Assembly (NCBI RefSeq): GCF_964204645.1
Contig: NC_134030.1
Coordinates: forward strand, 20,668,210 to 20,732,209
Direction: 5' to 3'
From: Tubulanus polymorphus
Taxonomy: Eukaryota > Animalia > Nemertea
Length of the DNA stretch: 64,000 nt
The notes under the pieces were generated by a model, which ran no database searches, was not told the origin of the DNA, and worked only from the letters and a program-made list of their open reading frames with translations. Shown piece after piece: positions 38,029 through 51,520 of the stretch (the stretch's first letter is position 1; the number at the start of each line of letters is the position of its first letter). The translations under genes and the position numbers were made by a program.

Positions 38029-39949
38029 TCCAAAGACGGAAGACCACGTATAAACCATATCCAACTGGGATTACGAAATCTTTTTGGAGCTTTTTGGAAC
38101 CTTTTAAAATCTTTTTGGGTCATCAGGAGGAGCTCGACATCTTCATGCACGGCCCCTGACTATCGACATTAGCTTAGACTAGTCGCAGATTATGTAGTAT
38201 ATATAACTAGCGTCATTTTTGAATGAATCTCTTATTAAGACGGAAAGTAGAAATATTTCTGAAACGTTAGGAAAACAGAATTAATAGTAATTATTTCGTC
38301 AACATTTTTGGTGTTTGATATATCCCCATTGACTGTCCCACGCTGATTGTCGGGAGTCTATTTCCACAATGTTGGTTTTTGTCATCACGTATCTTGTGGA
38401 GTTATCAAACTTTGGGTCGTTGTCTCAGTGCGTATATAAGCACGCTTGAAATTGAAAATAGGCCCTGGTGGTATATCCTTAATCCCCCGTTTCAGTTCTA
38501 GCATACGTATTTTCGTACAGGGTTCCTCTCTTTAGGCTAGGAAAATGCAACTAAAAAGTTGATATGATTTAAAGCTAATTCAGTTCGGGTAGTACCAATA
38601 TGCGCCAGTTTGCCAACCGAATTAAATCCTGGAAGGCCCCTCCCCCGTTCAGATTGATGAAGCTGTGATCAAAATCATCAATAACTGAACGAAGTTGTTT
38701 GTTTAGTCGGTCAAGAATCATTGAAAGTATATGTAGTTTGATTTTTTTAAATACTTCTATTATGCACGATACAAGTGGTTCCAATTCTTAAATCTGGTGT
38801 TGATTTTACTTTATGTCTATCGTGGCACAATACAAATCATCCTTTGCTTTGTTTTGATGCAGTACACGTTGGACGATATAGCGTAGGGCCTACAGGATTC
38901 TTAGATATTTGATTAAATGGAGATATTTGTATTGATTAGACAACAGGAAAAGCATTCGTAATTTCTGAAAGGACGTCCTTAAATCGAGCACTTCACTTCT
39001 CTGTATCTGCTTCTGGTACTCTTATGCATTTTCTATAGATCAATACCAGTACATTACACAATCCTCGGCTAGAATTTGGCTGTAGATCTGAAAGATTAGA
39101 AATGAACTAATTTTAGCTTTTATGTCAACAACTTAGGAATGCAGTGCTTTTGTTTTGCATACATTATGGCGTAAAGAACTCTCAATTAAATATTGCGTTT
39201 TGAATTGAAAATGGAAAATCAATTTCAGGCTCCCGTCAAAATGTGTTCAAAATTCGAAATGAAACAAATGTATTCGAATATATTGTATGTATAGAAATAT
39301 ATCATCATGATACAAATTTTCTTATTTTACCTCGTGATTAATTTGCAAGTAAATAATTGCTTAGTACAGCCTCAAATTATTATTGCTACTTTTATTGAAC
39401 AGTCTAAATTATGAAGACTTTTGGAGATATCCCGCTCGATTTTAGGAATGCAGTCCGACAATCATTGTAATACCCACCCATTTGTTCACAGTGACTTTGT
39501 TTGTTCTTTTCAAACTCTACTCTCAAAACGTTTGAACGCCATAGTGGGTATGGCTTGTTTATTGCTTTCAACCCGTCATTTGTATCCTACCCTTCAGACA
39601 ATCGACACGCTTCCACCGTCCTTGCACAGAAGACAGATTGCCAAGACTTCGCTAGGTCTCCAGTTAAAATCATTGAGACATAATTTATCACGTGACTCGG
39701 CCACATAGACATGTGCACGTGAAATAAATCGGGCCGTTAGAATGTTTACCTTATAAAAAGATGAGAGCCTAAGGGGTTCAGACCGCGGGTACAAGGCAAC
39801 ACGTGAATGGCCGCTAATAGTACCATTTCGTGATAATTCGTCGGCTTCAATCAAACTTTACTTAAATACCTCACAGTGAAATGAAAGCATCCTACATTAC
39901 ATTTGTCGCTGTCTTGGAGAATGGGGGAAACATATTCTCACTTAAATAA

Positions 39950-40300
39950 AGATATTCCACTCTTCGAAGTTATACGATCGAATTTATTATTTTGAAACCA
40001 CAAACGTTTCGGCTGTTGACTAGCAGCCATCATCAGGTGTAATGACCAGAAATACAAGTGACAAAGTATATAAACTCTCAGAATGAAAAAAAAAACAGAA
40101 GCAATGTGTCAGAACTAAAGATAAACAAACCAATCAATAAAAACATCAAGGGGTACCGTGGAAACCACAGCAATTCTAAACAGTTCAGAATAAATACAAA
40201 TTATGTATTAACTAAGTGAAGTGGACTGAAGAGGGTGGAGATATTTCTTAATCGTACATAATTTTACGTATAATTAAATTCGAAGTGTGGGATTTCTTCT
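39950..40300 (-). mobile_element. Penelope-like pLTR remnant with hammerhead motif and an inverted terminal copy
   Basis: Homologous to 21596-21850. Positions 40267-40300 are the reverse complement of the element's other end. Confidence 0.65.
39999..40040 (-). ncRNA. Minimal type I hammerhead ribozyme motif
   Basis: The - strand reads CAC-CTGATGA-T-GGCTG-CTAGTCAA-CAGCC-GAAACGTT-T-GTG. Confidence 0.7.
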
Positions 40301-40825
40301 TTCATACATCTACATACACGGATCATAGTGTTTATTCGACCACTAATACACTCACTTCTTCCATATTCTCTTCGTCATCTCTACGAGCGACGGTCCAAAT
40401 CCCGCAGGTTCTACTAGTAATGCAGTGCTCATCTCACCGACGCATGCAAGCCCGCCTTACCTGGTCCTGGGCATCCAACAATATCCTTAACGATGATGTT
40501 ATAGTTGGCAGCAGCGTCTACCGGGCAAGCGATCAGACGTTATTTCCATATGTTACAAACCAACGCAAGTCATTCCGAAGACAAAATATTGGCAAGACCG
40601 TTGCAGGCTGATTAGATGAAAACTAATTATATTGTGAAGAGCCCTGTAATGACAAATATTACTTTGAGGGTTTACTAAAAGTAGCTAAAACACTCATTTA
40701 CCGCAGCTAGCACTAGAAGCGAAACCTCGTACATTCGTTTTGTATTTAGTTAACCTTTTAAGTATCTTCCGTCACGGTCAGTGATTATCAAATTTATCCG
40801 ATGTGTTTTTTTTTGTTACCAGCTG

Positions 40826-41030
40826 GGTCCGGTTGCATAGTCATGGCTTAGACTTAAGACCAGTCTAAGACCAACTTAGTTCTATAGCCAATCTAACAAC
40901 TTAAGACCAGTCTTAAGATTTAAGACCACTATTTGGACTTATGACTCGACTATGGAACTGGCCCGGGGCCTGTTGCACAGTCGTGACTAAAGTCCAAAAG
41001 TAGTCTTAAATCTTAAGACTGGTCTTACGA
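40826..41030. mobile_element. Short palindromic MITE (GGGNCCRGTTGCAYAG termini), one full copy plus an adjacent partial inverted copy
   Basis: Same family at 51521-51660 and 52123-52263. Internal cttaag-rich core. Confidence 0.75.
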
Positions 41031-41460
41031 TTTACTCCCTATAGTCAAACCTCAAACGAGAACTAAGCTCATCAAATATTTCGTCTGCCATGCTCTTGAA
41101 CTTCTCGATTTAGTTTTTAACTCGAGTTGGAATTATTCCATTTCTAAATGTTTAACCCTGAAGTAAAATTGAGCACAAATTGCGGAGCTGGTTCTCGAGT
41201 AAGATCTAACTTAAAACTCATTAAAGAAACAGTAGCTGTTGCTTAAACCGGATGAGTTAAATTGGGATTAAGATATCTGGATTTTCTTATAAACTGGATT
41301 CATGTCAAAGGTTTATAAAGCCCCGAATTAGGCATCATCTACTGGACCGGCTTCCGTAGCGATCGGCGTTGAAGTTAAGGAATTTAACCCGCTGTTCGAA
41401 GTTAATCTAGAAACTCGTAAACAAGTCCTCCTTAAATCATTCGTTACTCATGAAGTTTTA

Positions 41461-41760
41461 AGCCGCGATCACAAGAGCATTTTTGGCCAGCGGAACAACT
41501 ATTCACACAGGTGCCAAATGGGCCCAAGACCAAAAACGTCGGAGCAGGCCCGAGCCAAATTTTAGCACCAGACAAATGATTGCGTTTGAATTGCAACTGG
41601 CACCAGAAATGATCCACTTCGCTTTGTGTGACCATTGTTTAGTATTGAGTTAATGGTTCACGTGTGAACGCGCTGTCTAATTTGGCACGGACCAAATTTG
41701 GCTCGAGCCTGATCCGTGCCAATTTGGCCCGGGCCAAATCGTCTCCGTGTGATCGCGGCT
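41461..41760. mobile_element. MITE with AGCCGCGATCACA termini (PIF/Harbinger-like)
   Basis: TIRs agccgcgatcac...gtgatcgcggct; internal ttggcccgggccaa palindromes; an inverted second copy at 54458-54745. Confidence 0.8.
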
Positions 41761-42339
41761 TGATACGAACTCACGACTGTGGAACCGGTTCCAACTTATT
41801 CGACTAGATTCCTCTCGGCGTCTTCTCTCAAGACCATGCGACCGTTAAATGGCTCCTCTTTTGCGCGGCTGTCATTCAAAGCACAACACGTTTTGAAATA
41901 GTTTCACTGACAAATAAATCACACCTGCTCCGAATGTAACTTGCCATCGCGACTTTGCAGTTGTCTGCTCGGTCGCACGTAGGGAAACGTTTAAAGACAC
42001 GTGTTTATGTGCTTAAAACATGTGTTTTACGGGCAGATGGCAGTAAAATGATGAAAATTACCATAAAATTTAATCGCATCTCGTAAATCAAACTGACAAT
42101 ATAATCTTTCTTTATGGTGAAAGGATATTTCCGCATTGCGAGGTAAATATTCTTTCTCAGGGAAATGGGATACCGGTTACAAGGGTTCCAGCAGGCGGAG
42201 CTTCAAACAATCACAGCACATCGTTTAGAACTGACCGTCGATAAGCCTTGTTCATTTTTCAAGATGTCATTTTCAGTATCAACCGGCAGCCTGAAACCAT
42301 CCCCTTCAAACATTCACCATTGCGGGAAAAGACCTAAAA

Positions 42340-42680
42340 ATCAGTTTTTGAAAGTGTGCTGATAAAATATCTAATGTCTGGTGTTTATAGTTCATTTCCA
42401 ATAAAATGTCCCAGGTGAAGCACTGAACACATGTGAAGTGTGGACGATCAGTTTTTGAAAGTGTGCTGACAAATGTCTAACGTCTGGTGTTTGTAGTTCA
42501 TTTTCAATTAGAAAATGTATCAGATGAAGTTCTGAACACATGTGAAGTGTGGGCGATCTGAAAGTGCGCTAATAAAATGTCTAATGTCTGGTGTTCGTAT
42601 TTCACATTCAAAGGAAAAATATCTCAGGTGAAGTTCTGAACACGCGTAGAGTATGAATGATTAGTTTTGAAAAGTGTGTT
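42340..42680. repeat. Tandem ~110-120-bp repeat (x3) carrying CACATGTG, upstream of GY7
   Basis: Units gaaagtgtgctga..aatgtctggtgtt..ggtgaag..ctgaacacatgtgaagtgtgg; related to the repeat at 13575-13880 upstream of GY4. Confidence 0.8.
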
Positions 42681-43246
42681 GATGAATTAATTCTTAATAG
42701 ATTGCATATATTCGCAGCTCGATTCCCATTAGAAAAGGTGAAATGTGTACGATCAGAAATTGTTTGAAGAACGGCGACAAAGTACGTATCGAATGTACAA
42801 AGTTAAGATTGATTACCGAATAAGGTGTCACCTAAGGATTACAGAATGCAGCAAATTGACATCAATACTACGGACCTAATCGATTATGCGTGGATCGGTA
42901 GTGTTGTCGTGTTTGGTAGACGATTCCTTAGTTTTAGCCCCCGACTCAGGTCCCAGCTAGGTATTGTAAATGACGCTTTTATGCCAACAGTCAATAAATC
43001 AACGATGAAATGAAAAATTCGGCCGAGTCTGCAATTTGCACACACATTGAATAAGAAATAAATGGCACCTGTTGAAGTATAATGTCCCAGTTAATAAATA
43101 TATAAACCACCTCAAAATCCAATTCGACATCTTATCTTGGAAAAGAACTCACAACTGCAGGTAAGTTTATCCAGTTAAAGTCAGAACAAACCTATTATTT
43201 GCAATAAGCTTTGAAGTAGTATTTGCTTTTTTCCATTGTCTACAGG

Positions 43247-44049
43247 ATGAAGTTAGTTTTCCTTGTCATGATGGCCCTTGTGGTCGTGGCTGCTGCCGGT
43301 TACGGTAAGTATTGCGTGTACATATGTACTCCCAATTTCTCAAAGTCAGACTAGAGGATCGAACTTTGCAGAAAACGTTTAATTGTTGGATTCATTGGTT
43401 ACCAAGAGGAATTTCTAAAATCTAGAAAACCATTTCATTCTCTTAAATTTTACGTATTACGACGCTGCTCATTTTCCTTACAGGATATGACGTAGGTGGA
43501 TACGATGGTGGATATGGCGAAGAGTCATACGATGGTGGATACGATGGTGGATATGATGGTGGATATGGCGAAGAGTCATACGATGGTGGAAACGATGGTG
43601 GATATGGTGAAGAGTCATACGATGGTGGATACGATGGTGGATATGGTGAAGAGTCACACGGAGGTGGATACGATGGTGGATACGGAGAAGACTCATACGA
43701 TGGTGGATACGATGGTGGATATGGTGAAGAGTCACACGGAGGTGGATACGATGGTGGATACGGAGAAGACTCATACGATGGTGGATACGATGGTGGATAT
43801 GGTGAAGAGTCACACGGAGGTGGATACGATGGTGGATACGGAGAAGACTCATACGATGGTGGATACGATGGTGGATATGGTGAAGAGTCACACGGAGGTG
43901 GATACGATGGTGGATACGGAGAAGACTCATACGATGGTGGATACGATGGTGGATATGGTGAAGAGTCACACGGAGGTGGATACGATGGTGGATACGATGG
44001 TGGATATGGAGAAGAGGGTGGATACGGAGGTGGACGCGGAGGCTACTAA
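43247..44049 (+). CDS. Secreted Gly/Tyr/Asp-rich repeat protein, paralogue GY7 (~207 aa)
   Basis: CDS join(43247..43304,43484..44049). Signal MKLVFLVMMALVVVAAAG, then (YDGG)n and EESH/EDSY in a 78-bp repeat, ending GGRGGY*. TATATAAA at 43099; 3'UTR intron 44091..44867; AATAAA at 44944. Confidence 0.88.
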
Positions 44050-44205
44050 AGTGGAATCGTATATGGCAGTCATTTTGGTGGACATAACACGTAAGTGTGA
44101 CGAAAGTTGTACAATTACAATTGTACAATATGTGAGTCTAGTTTGAGATTATTAGGCGCTTGTTTACGAGTAGTTTGATGTAGAATGTTTAAAATATGTT
44201 TTACT

Positions 44206-44670
44206 TAAGGCGAATTTATCACGTCAAATTAAATCCGATTTTAAGTAAAATCGTATTTATCCTGGCATAATCAATAATGATTTTGTAAAATTTTTTAATT
44301 CAACACGGTATCAAATTCAAATCGATTCATCAACTCGTTAAATTTTGATTTGGTCTAATTTTTTAATTCAACACGGTATCAAATTCAAATCGATTTATCA
44401 AATCACCCGAGAGGGGATTCGAAGATGGTGAACTCGAACATTTATTTCGAAAAAAAAAAAACTGACATAAAATGGTTAAAACTGAAAGAGACTCTGAAAC
44501 TCATTCGTAGGACATGATATTTTTCAAAAAATGGGGCAATATTTTCTTGTCAGTCGGAACAACCCGTCAAATTCATCCTGTTGCGCAAATGTTATTTGAT
44601 CAGATAATACGTGACTAGCAAATCAAGATTAGGGAGAACAAATCTGATTTGACAAGATGAATTCGCCTTA
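44206..44670. mobile_element. Degenerate TIR element in the GY7 3'UTR intron
   Basis: taaggcgaatt..tcaaat at the left end and atttgac..aattcgcctta at the right end; internal ~40-bp direct repeat (44289/44357). Confidence 0.5.
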
Positions 44671-45942
44671 GAATTGGCTTTTCAACCCGCTCAAGGAAAC
44701 CTGGCCTACAGATTCTAAAACCGATATTCATTCATTGGTTTTTAGATACATTTGTCAATCAAACGATTCTACTTGAACCCTCTCACTTCCATCTTCATCG
44801 AGATCCATTTTATCACTCATATCGTTTTATTAGCTGCTATTAGCTTTTTTTTCTTTTTTAATTCCAGCAACCAAGTGCAACAAGTTGATTGATTTGATAC
44901 CCAAACGTCAGTCCGTATAAGTTGTGTAATTGTCCTCCTTGATAATAAAATGTCGTAAAATTCCTTTAAAAAAACCTCCAGTTACTTTTTCTAATCGACT
45001 TGAATCCTAGAACATAGACGCGTGTCTAGTCACTGGTCTTTATTCGTACGCAGACACGGGGGGATCAGTATCGCGAATCTGTAGCCATAAGACTTCTGGA
45101 ACGTTGGGAGATAAGAAAGAAGGATAATGAAACCAACAGCGATACGGTTTACTACCAAATGGCCAGAAACTCCAACAAGCGGACAGAGAATGTGATGAGT
45201 ACAGGTATTCATTGATAAAATTCCGCCAGGTTGATGGCCAAGAATAATGTAGTTTAAATCATAAATAATTAAGGATCTATGAAGTTATTTTGGATGTGAA
45301 TGTATCGATAATTCGATGGACGTGCATTTATTCCATATCGATAAGATCATGAAATATATTCGATTAAGGAATAAACGCCATAATTCACAATTATAAGTGT
45401 TATTTTGAAACATCAATTTTGATGACGCAGTGCACATCGACTGACACGTAACCCCTTAAATAACGCATACTGAAGCAATAAGTGTTGCACAATCGATTTT
45501 ATCGGAAATTTGAACTTTAAAAAGCTGATTGGTATCGTTGATTGATTGATTGATTACTTAATTGAAAACTACTGTATTGCCATCGGTGACAGATGGCAGA
45601 CAAAATTGATTGATCAGGCCGGAAAAAAACGGCTCTGCAAGACGCGACAAGATCGAACATTAAAAAAAAATCATAAAAATAAAGAAACAACCTTTCTGAC
45701 TGAATCGACTAAACCGCAGCCCGATTACTGACTAAACTGCATCTGGGTTCCCGGCCAAGAGCAGTCCAACTACTCACCAGATCACACTTATCGATTATAC
45801 ATCAGTCCAGTTAATACTGATCCTATACGAAGCTAACGCCAACACAACGACATAAACGATTATGTTACGAATAGGGAAGAATTGGCTTCTGCAGGAAATC
45901 GGAAAAGATAGAGTTTAAACAACGTTCCCGCAAAGTACCCGA

Positions 45943-46052
45943 ACCCAGTTCCACAGTTGTGAGTTAGAGTCAACTTTGAGTTAAAGTTAGTTCATTTTCA
46001 ACGAGTTCACTCAAGGGTCAAATCTTAACTCACAACTGTGGAACTGGACCCC
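45943..46052. mobile_element. ~110-bp MITE, same family as 55300-55407
   Basis: Near-identical palindromic sequence. Confidence 0.8.
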
Positions 46053-46559
46053 GATGAATTAATGAAACTATTTAATTTCGAATAAAGGGAATCTGAGGAC
46101 CGAAGTGATACAACGAGAACTATCGTATCAACCGGGTGTCGGGGTCATGCCAAACATCTCGAAGACCTGAAATAACCAATCAACATTAAATGACTCCACT
46201 TTGACGAGAAAAGTCAATTTATTTCGTTTCAGAATTGTAGCTCATTAGTGTGAATATCCACTACTAGATTCATTCTATTCCTGAAAGAGAGAAATAAACC
46301 TTATCAAATCAAATCAATGTGATTTCGGGTACGGGTTGGTATGGGGGATTACTCGATAGTTAATTATGAAAGGAATATAGACATTATATCCATAGGTGAA
46401 AACATTTATTAAACAAGTGTTGAATATGATATAGCCCAGTATAGGTATGTTGGCCTGAATTACTATCTTAAGACGGCCGCCATCCATTCTTCAACACCAA
46501 TATCATTAAGATTCTTGGCTTTTGATAACAATTCAATAATAATTCATTCAGCCTAAAAT

Positions 46560-46975
46560 CCATATAAAATATGCCCATTGGCTTTACGGCATATATAAAA
46601 AGCGAACATAAAACAGAGAAAAACTAAAACTGGTTTAATTAAAAGCTTTGATGGACAAATTGGTTTTGAGATTACATTTTACAAGACATCGATTGAAGGA
46701 CTAGATTTAATTGGACTAGGTAAATTATTCCAGAGAACTAGGCCAGAGCTGCCCGGCTGAGACGCGATTAACGCGGGGAATCACTAGCAGGGATTGATTG
46801 TTAGATCTTTAAACTCTTGGCGGATGATTTATATTGCACAAGTGACCGTAAATGTTGTGGTGCAAGACCGTTCAGGGATTTGAATGTTAAGACCAGAATT
46901 TTAAGCCGGATACGTGATTTGATTGGGCGGCATTGAAGGTCGTGAAAAATTGGCTTTATCATTTGACAGCATCTT
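46560..46975 (-). mobile_element. Decayed L2/CR1-type LINE 3' end
   Basis: The - strand translates as IKPIFHDLQCRPIKSRIRLKILVLTFKSLNGLAPQHLRSLV...SLRS, resembling the L2/CR1 ORF2 C-terminal motif (LHWLP..RI.FKIL..TYKALNGLAP.YL). Confidence 0.75.
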
Positions 46976-47713
46976 AAGTGTCATCAGAAAAGTGTTAAGC
47001 CTGTATTTCGTACAAAAGGGAAGGCCGACGCCTGAAAAATCTGCTAGGCACCGCTAGTAATCTTGTGGTGTTCAGCGCCCTCACTGGTGGCGATAAACAA
47101 TAGATGTTGTAGACTGGTTGCCGGTCCCTATTCGTAATTTAGCGTTTTTCATCGATTTGTTTAAGTTTTAATACCAAATCTTGAAAGCCGGGAATGTTCA
47201 ATGCTTGCAGTGATTAATATAATCGAAAATATTTCCGAGAACCTATTGTTTATCACCACCGGTGAGGGCGCTGATCAATTTCGAAGATGGCGAAGGCAAA
47301 TGTATAGTGACGTCACGGAGTTGGCCTTCTCTTTCGCTTATAGTTCTATGGACGCAGTCTTATTTAGTAGTCACATCAACAAAGATTCTACATTCAGAGG
47401 ATTCGAAACCAAGTCTGGGAGTATTAAGTGATAGGTTCGGTGATTTTTTGGCCAGTGTGTTGTGGTGACTAGTGAGTTACCAATCACAGGTATAGTGACT
47501 TCATTAATGCAGTCATTCTTTGATTACTCGCGTTTCTTAACACGAGACGTGTCCTAACCCTAGCAAGTCACGACCAGGTATTCCATCCAATGACATACAT
47601 GTTGTGAACAAGAATGAAGCTGTTTTCCCGTTAAAGGTCGTGTTTCGAATTACCTATAACAACTAGTTTTCGATGAGTTTACGTTTTAACTTAAAATTCG
47701 ACTACCTGATAAT

Positions 47714-48724
47714 TCAAGGATGGCGACCGTTACCGTTACCGTTACCGCGAACACGCTTCTTTGCGGGTCCACTCTCAAATTCGAAGCACGTATCCGGCGA
47801 ATAGCACTTGGGTGGCGGAATCTCGGGATCACCTGAAATTGAAATACCACGTATCAACTGTCTTCGTGCTTCATTCTGCAAAATTAGCCCAAATTAGCTG
47901 CATTTATCCACGTCGCCAGTCTCTGCTCGGTTTCATAATCCAACGTTCATCGGGGATTGAAAAAAGAAAATTAGAAAACCTCATTCGTGGATTGGGGATT
48001 TATTTTGCGATTTTTCAATTTAGGAAACAAACAATTACCAAACCTATCGCCAACTAAATCCGTGTTTCGGCATTTAAACGATTATAAGACATTATCTAGA
48101 GCATTCCTCAGTTAGAGCAGCCACGTTTAACTAAAGTTCTCAGAGATTATTTTGTCGCCGCATCTATACAACTCTAAAGCCCTGTATTGGATAGTTTGTG
48201 ATTTTAAGGCTGGGTTTACACGGTCAGACAGTGTTTGAAATCGACCAATTAGTAAAGGTCTGTTTTATGCGAAGAGAATTGATACCTTGCAAAAAGCTAT
48301 CCGACAGTAACATGACTAGGTACCGCTAGATAGAAATGGTGGTGGATCAATGAGTTATTATCCTACAGCGATAAAGGTAGGCCCAGAATAAGCTGATGAA
48401 GAATTTTGAGTCCAAAAGGCTCAGTATTCTGAATATGACTTTTAGATAAAGTCGAAACGTCGAAATAAAACGTTTTTTAGATGATTATTTTTTTTACAAG
48501 GACTAACGTACACGTGGTAGGCGGGGGTGGCGGTATATGGGAGGGCGATATATCGGGGGTTCACTGTATCTCTTTGGCATTGTTTACGGCAGAAGGATGT
48601 TTGGCCGAAATAAACAATGAACACAATACTTTCTTTGATTAGACTTACCGTAATCACCTGCGACAAACATATCTCCGGATAGGCACAAACTGACAACCAA
48701 AACAGCAATCAATACAAGTCTCAT
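47714..48724 (-). CDS. Small secreted C-x5-C peptide precursor A (64 aa)
   Basis: complement(join(47714..47832,48649..48724)) = MRLVLIAVLVVSLCLSGDMFVAGDYGDPEIPPPKCYSPDTCFEFESGPAKKRVRGNGNGNGRHP*. Canonical splice sites; TATAAA at 49789-49784; non-coding exon 1 with donor at 49691; 3'UTR exon from 46280 with AATAAA at 46223-46218. A paralogue with the same exon structure lies at 52768-53842. Confidence 0.82.
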
Positions 48725-49691
48725 CCTGAATATGGAAAAGAATGATCACGATCTTAGTTTGAAGAACACGTTGATATTAACACCGAACTAAACTCGCTTC
48801 AATTTCTAAGGGGGAAAATAACATCCTGATTAAATGAATTTTATTTTCATATTTCGATTTAAGAACTTTAAACATTTAAACATTTGCGGCCTGAAAATTG
48901 TTTTCATCACCAGCAAAAAAAAAGTGGAAATGTTTTAAAACAATTCTAATTTCTTTGACGATATATTCCACACAATAAACATGAAAAATGAATTAAAATG
49001 TTTAAGCAATAAGATGATTTCGTAATAGATAACAATTAACCTGAAGTTGAGAAACTTAACTTGCAATATCTGTTTTCCCTTTTTTCGGCCACCCGTTAAT
49101 TGCACATCACCGATATATTTACTTAAATTCTCGTTCAAGATCGAGTTTAAGATTGATTCTACAAGGCATTTCATCTTAAAGGGGGTTAGGACTTTGTCAT
49201 TCTCTCAAAAAGGATGGCCACTCTGAGCAAAGTTATAAATATCTTCCCTGAGTTATAATTCGTTTAACCTTTAACCCGGGGGTTAACTCAATTGATAATG
49301 AATTGACTTTGCCCCCATCAGGTTTAAGGTTATACCAGCCCATAAAATCTGCCCCCTGAGTTTGCCATGATTTCCCATGTTATAACAGAACATCATTTGC
49401 CTTATAGGGAATTAGCTGCAGGTAAATGGAAACATGTCTACTGTCTGTCACGGCTGCTCTCCGTGCGACGTTTTGGTCCGTAATTTTGTTAATAATTAGT
49501 AAGTTGAAATTGCTGCAATTAATTCTTTTAAATGCTCGCTCAACAGCAAATCCAAATACATTTTACTTCACTTTTTAAGGTTTCTTCGCAAAATATGTTA
49601 GATTCCCTAGTTCGTCTAGATTCTTTCTACTTCCCTCAGTTTGATGGTAAGCAACCGACTGGTGAAGTTGAATACGTGATAAGCGGCTTAC

Positions 49692-49820
49692 CTGCGTTCC
49701 GATGTTCGATACCGTTGCGTCGTTGGGTAAGAGTCGGATAGAAACTCGACTGGTTTCGATCCCAGACGCAGACAGGTTGAACATTTATAATTAAGTAGCT
49801 GTCACTGTCGATTACACATG
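49692..49820 (-). promoter_or_regulatory. E-box + TATA promoter and non-coding exon 1 of peptide gene A
   Basis: CATGTG at 49820-49815, a 25-nt spacer, TATAAA at 49789, exon ending GCAG|GTAAG. Conserved in the paralogue at 53838-53970 (CACGTG). Confidence 0.7.
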
Positions 49821-50471
49821 TCACCATTTCGTCTCATTGTTTTTACACCGGGTGAGAGTCAAATATAACGAGTCTATCTCGTGCCAAAAGTAAATAACAT
49901 GTCAATAGTCTGACGTTTTCAAGACAAAACAAAAGCGCGTCGGGCTTCGTTTTTCTTAAACGCCGGCCGGTGTTGCGAAAATGTATTTCATATCTTATTC
50001 ATTCGATGTTTCTTGGAAAAATCAATTTGTATCAAATAACGAATGAATAACATTGCGAAAGCTTACATCAGTCGCATACCGGCTATGATGAATTATACAT
50101 GGGCTGGGTTTCATAGATGTGGAAGAAAAATAGTAACTGGGAACATTGTGAAATTTGTCAGTTATAACCATGGTTTCTCATTGTAACTATCGTGGTTGTC
50201 ACCCAGATTGAGGATCTGCCCCTAGGGATAGCTTTGATACTCAGTCTATGAAACCGGGCCCTGGTTAGGAATTGATATATTATCCGTCGTCTATATAATA
50301 TATGCAAGGTCACATTTGATGCCGGATAGAATCTGGATGCTCTTTCGTCATTATTTCCTTTTTGTTCTCCTTCACGCAATTTGGATCTTAGTCTCTCGTG
50401 AAACGTCTAATGTACATTCAAGCTCACGCGACGGCGCCGCAACCTTTGAAGTGTTGCCCGCACACTGTAAC

Positions 50472-50539
50472 CAGCCTGCGGGACTCGAACCCACTGACAG
50501 TGAAAGCAACAGCACCGTACCTTATCGCGCTGAGCTACC
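50472..50539 (-). mobile_element. tRNA-derived SINE head / pseudo-tRNA
   Basis: The - strand reads GGTAGCTCAGCGCG...GGGTTCGAGTCCC (A and B boxes), with no intact anticodon arm. Confidence 0.45.
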
Positions 50540-51520
50540 AACGAATTAATGTTAACAAAAACGGAACTCTTCCAAATGTTCCTAGCAGAAATCGTGTAAA
50601 TTTGATACGACTACGTGTATATCTTTTCTGCGATTTTTCATTTCGAATTCACGATTTCGTTCGCAGCGCACCGCGTGTGATCCGTATAAGACACTCCAAA
50701 TAGCTACACAGAAATCAAGTCAATCAAAAATATAGCTGTAACGCGTTTTCTGCGCTTGCTTTTCAAAAACAATATGCAACAGCAACAACGTGATAAACGA
50801 AGATACGTTGCTTTCTCAGCCCCCTGGTGGCAGTTGTATGAAATAATCACGCAGGTTGGTATATTACACATACATAAATGTACTTCAAAACCAAGTTTAA
50901 ATTTGTGGTACTGAAATTAAAGGTACTGAATTGCGCGCAAGGAATTGATGCTGAAATGAGTGATGCTTATATACTACAGTGTCCGTTAGACCTGGACACA
51001 AACATCGCGAACTGTAGCGTCTAGTCGCACGCGCACAAACGAGTTCCTTGACGCCTGAGTTCCTTTACCGAAACGAGTAAAGCCATGAGCCGCACATCTT
51101 CAGACATAGGGGCTGCCTTGTTGAAACGATGGTTTCACTGTTTTCCACGAGATGGCGAAGGCGTGCGATGGAAAAAATTCTTACTCCGACAGTGACAAAA
51201 ACGGAAAAAGCATTTTTCGAAAAGGTTGGCATCCGCCAAAGTCACCTACAAATATACTGGTGTTCACAGAGCTTTAGCTACTAATGTGTGGTAGCTTCAT
51301 CGGATGAATGTGTCAAGCTGCCAAGTAGAGCTATTATATATTGGTTATAGCGAAAGCTCGTGCGTCAAATAAAATAGTTAACACGGTTCCTCTACGTATC
51401 TTCTCAGAATTACCTGAGGAACAAAGTCATCATTTTTTTGCAAACGTGACCGAGAAGTTCTCGGGTTAGTTGATGAATCGTTGAAGAGAATCTAAAGACC
51501 GAGAACCGTTGTACAGACCT

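Noticed and set aside
38560-39200. Possible retroelement remnant downstream of the toxin-like gene
   Set aside because: It looks like decayed coding sequence, but I found no diagnostic motif to support a call.
48442-48708. ORF-track peptides MLFWLSVC... (also 53089-53292)
   Set aside because: Wrong frame. The conserved sequence is the signal-peptide exon read in another frame (MRLVLIAVLVV / LKLVFIAVLVV).
50472-50539. Functional tRNA gene
   Set aside because: A and B boxes are present but I cannot fold a proper cloverleaf or anticodon arm; treated as SINE-like.
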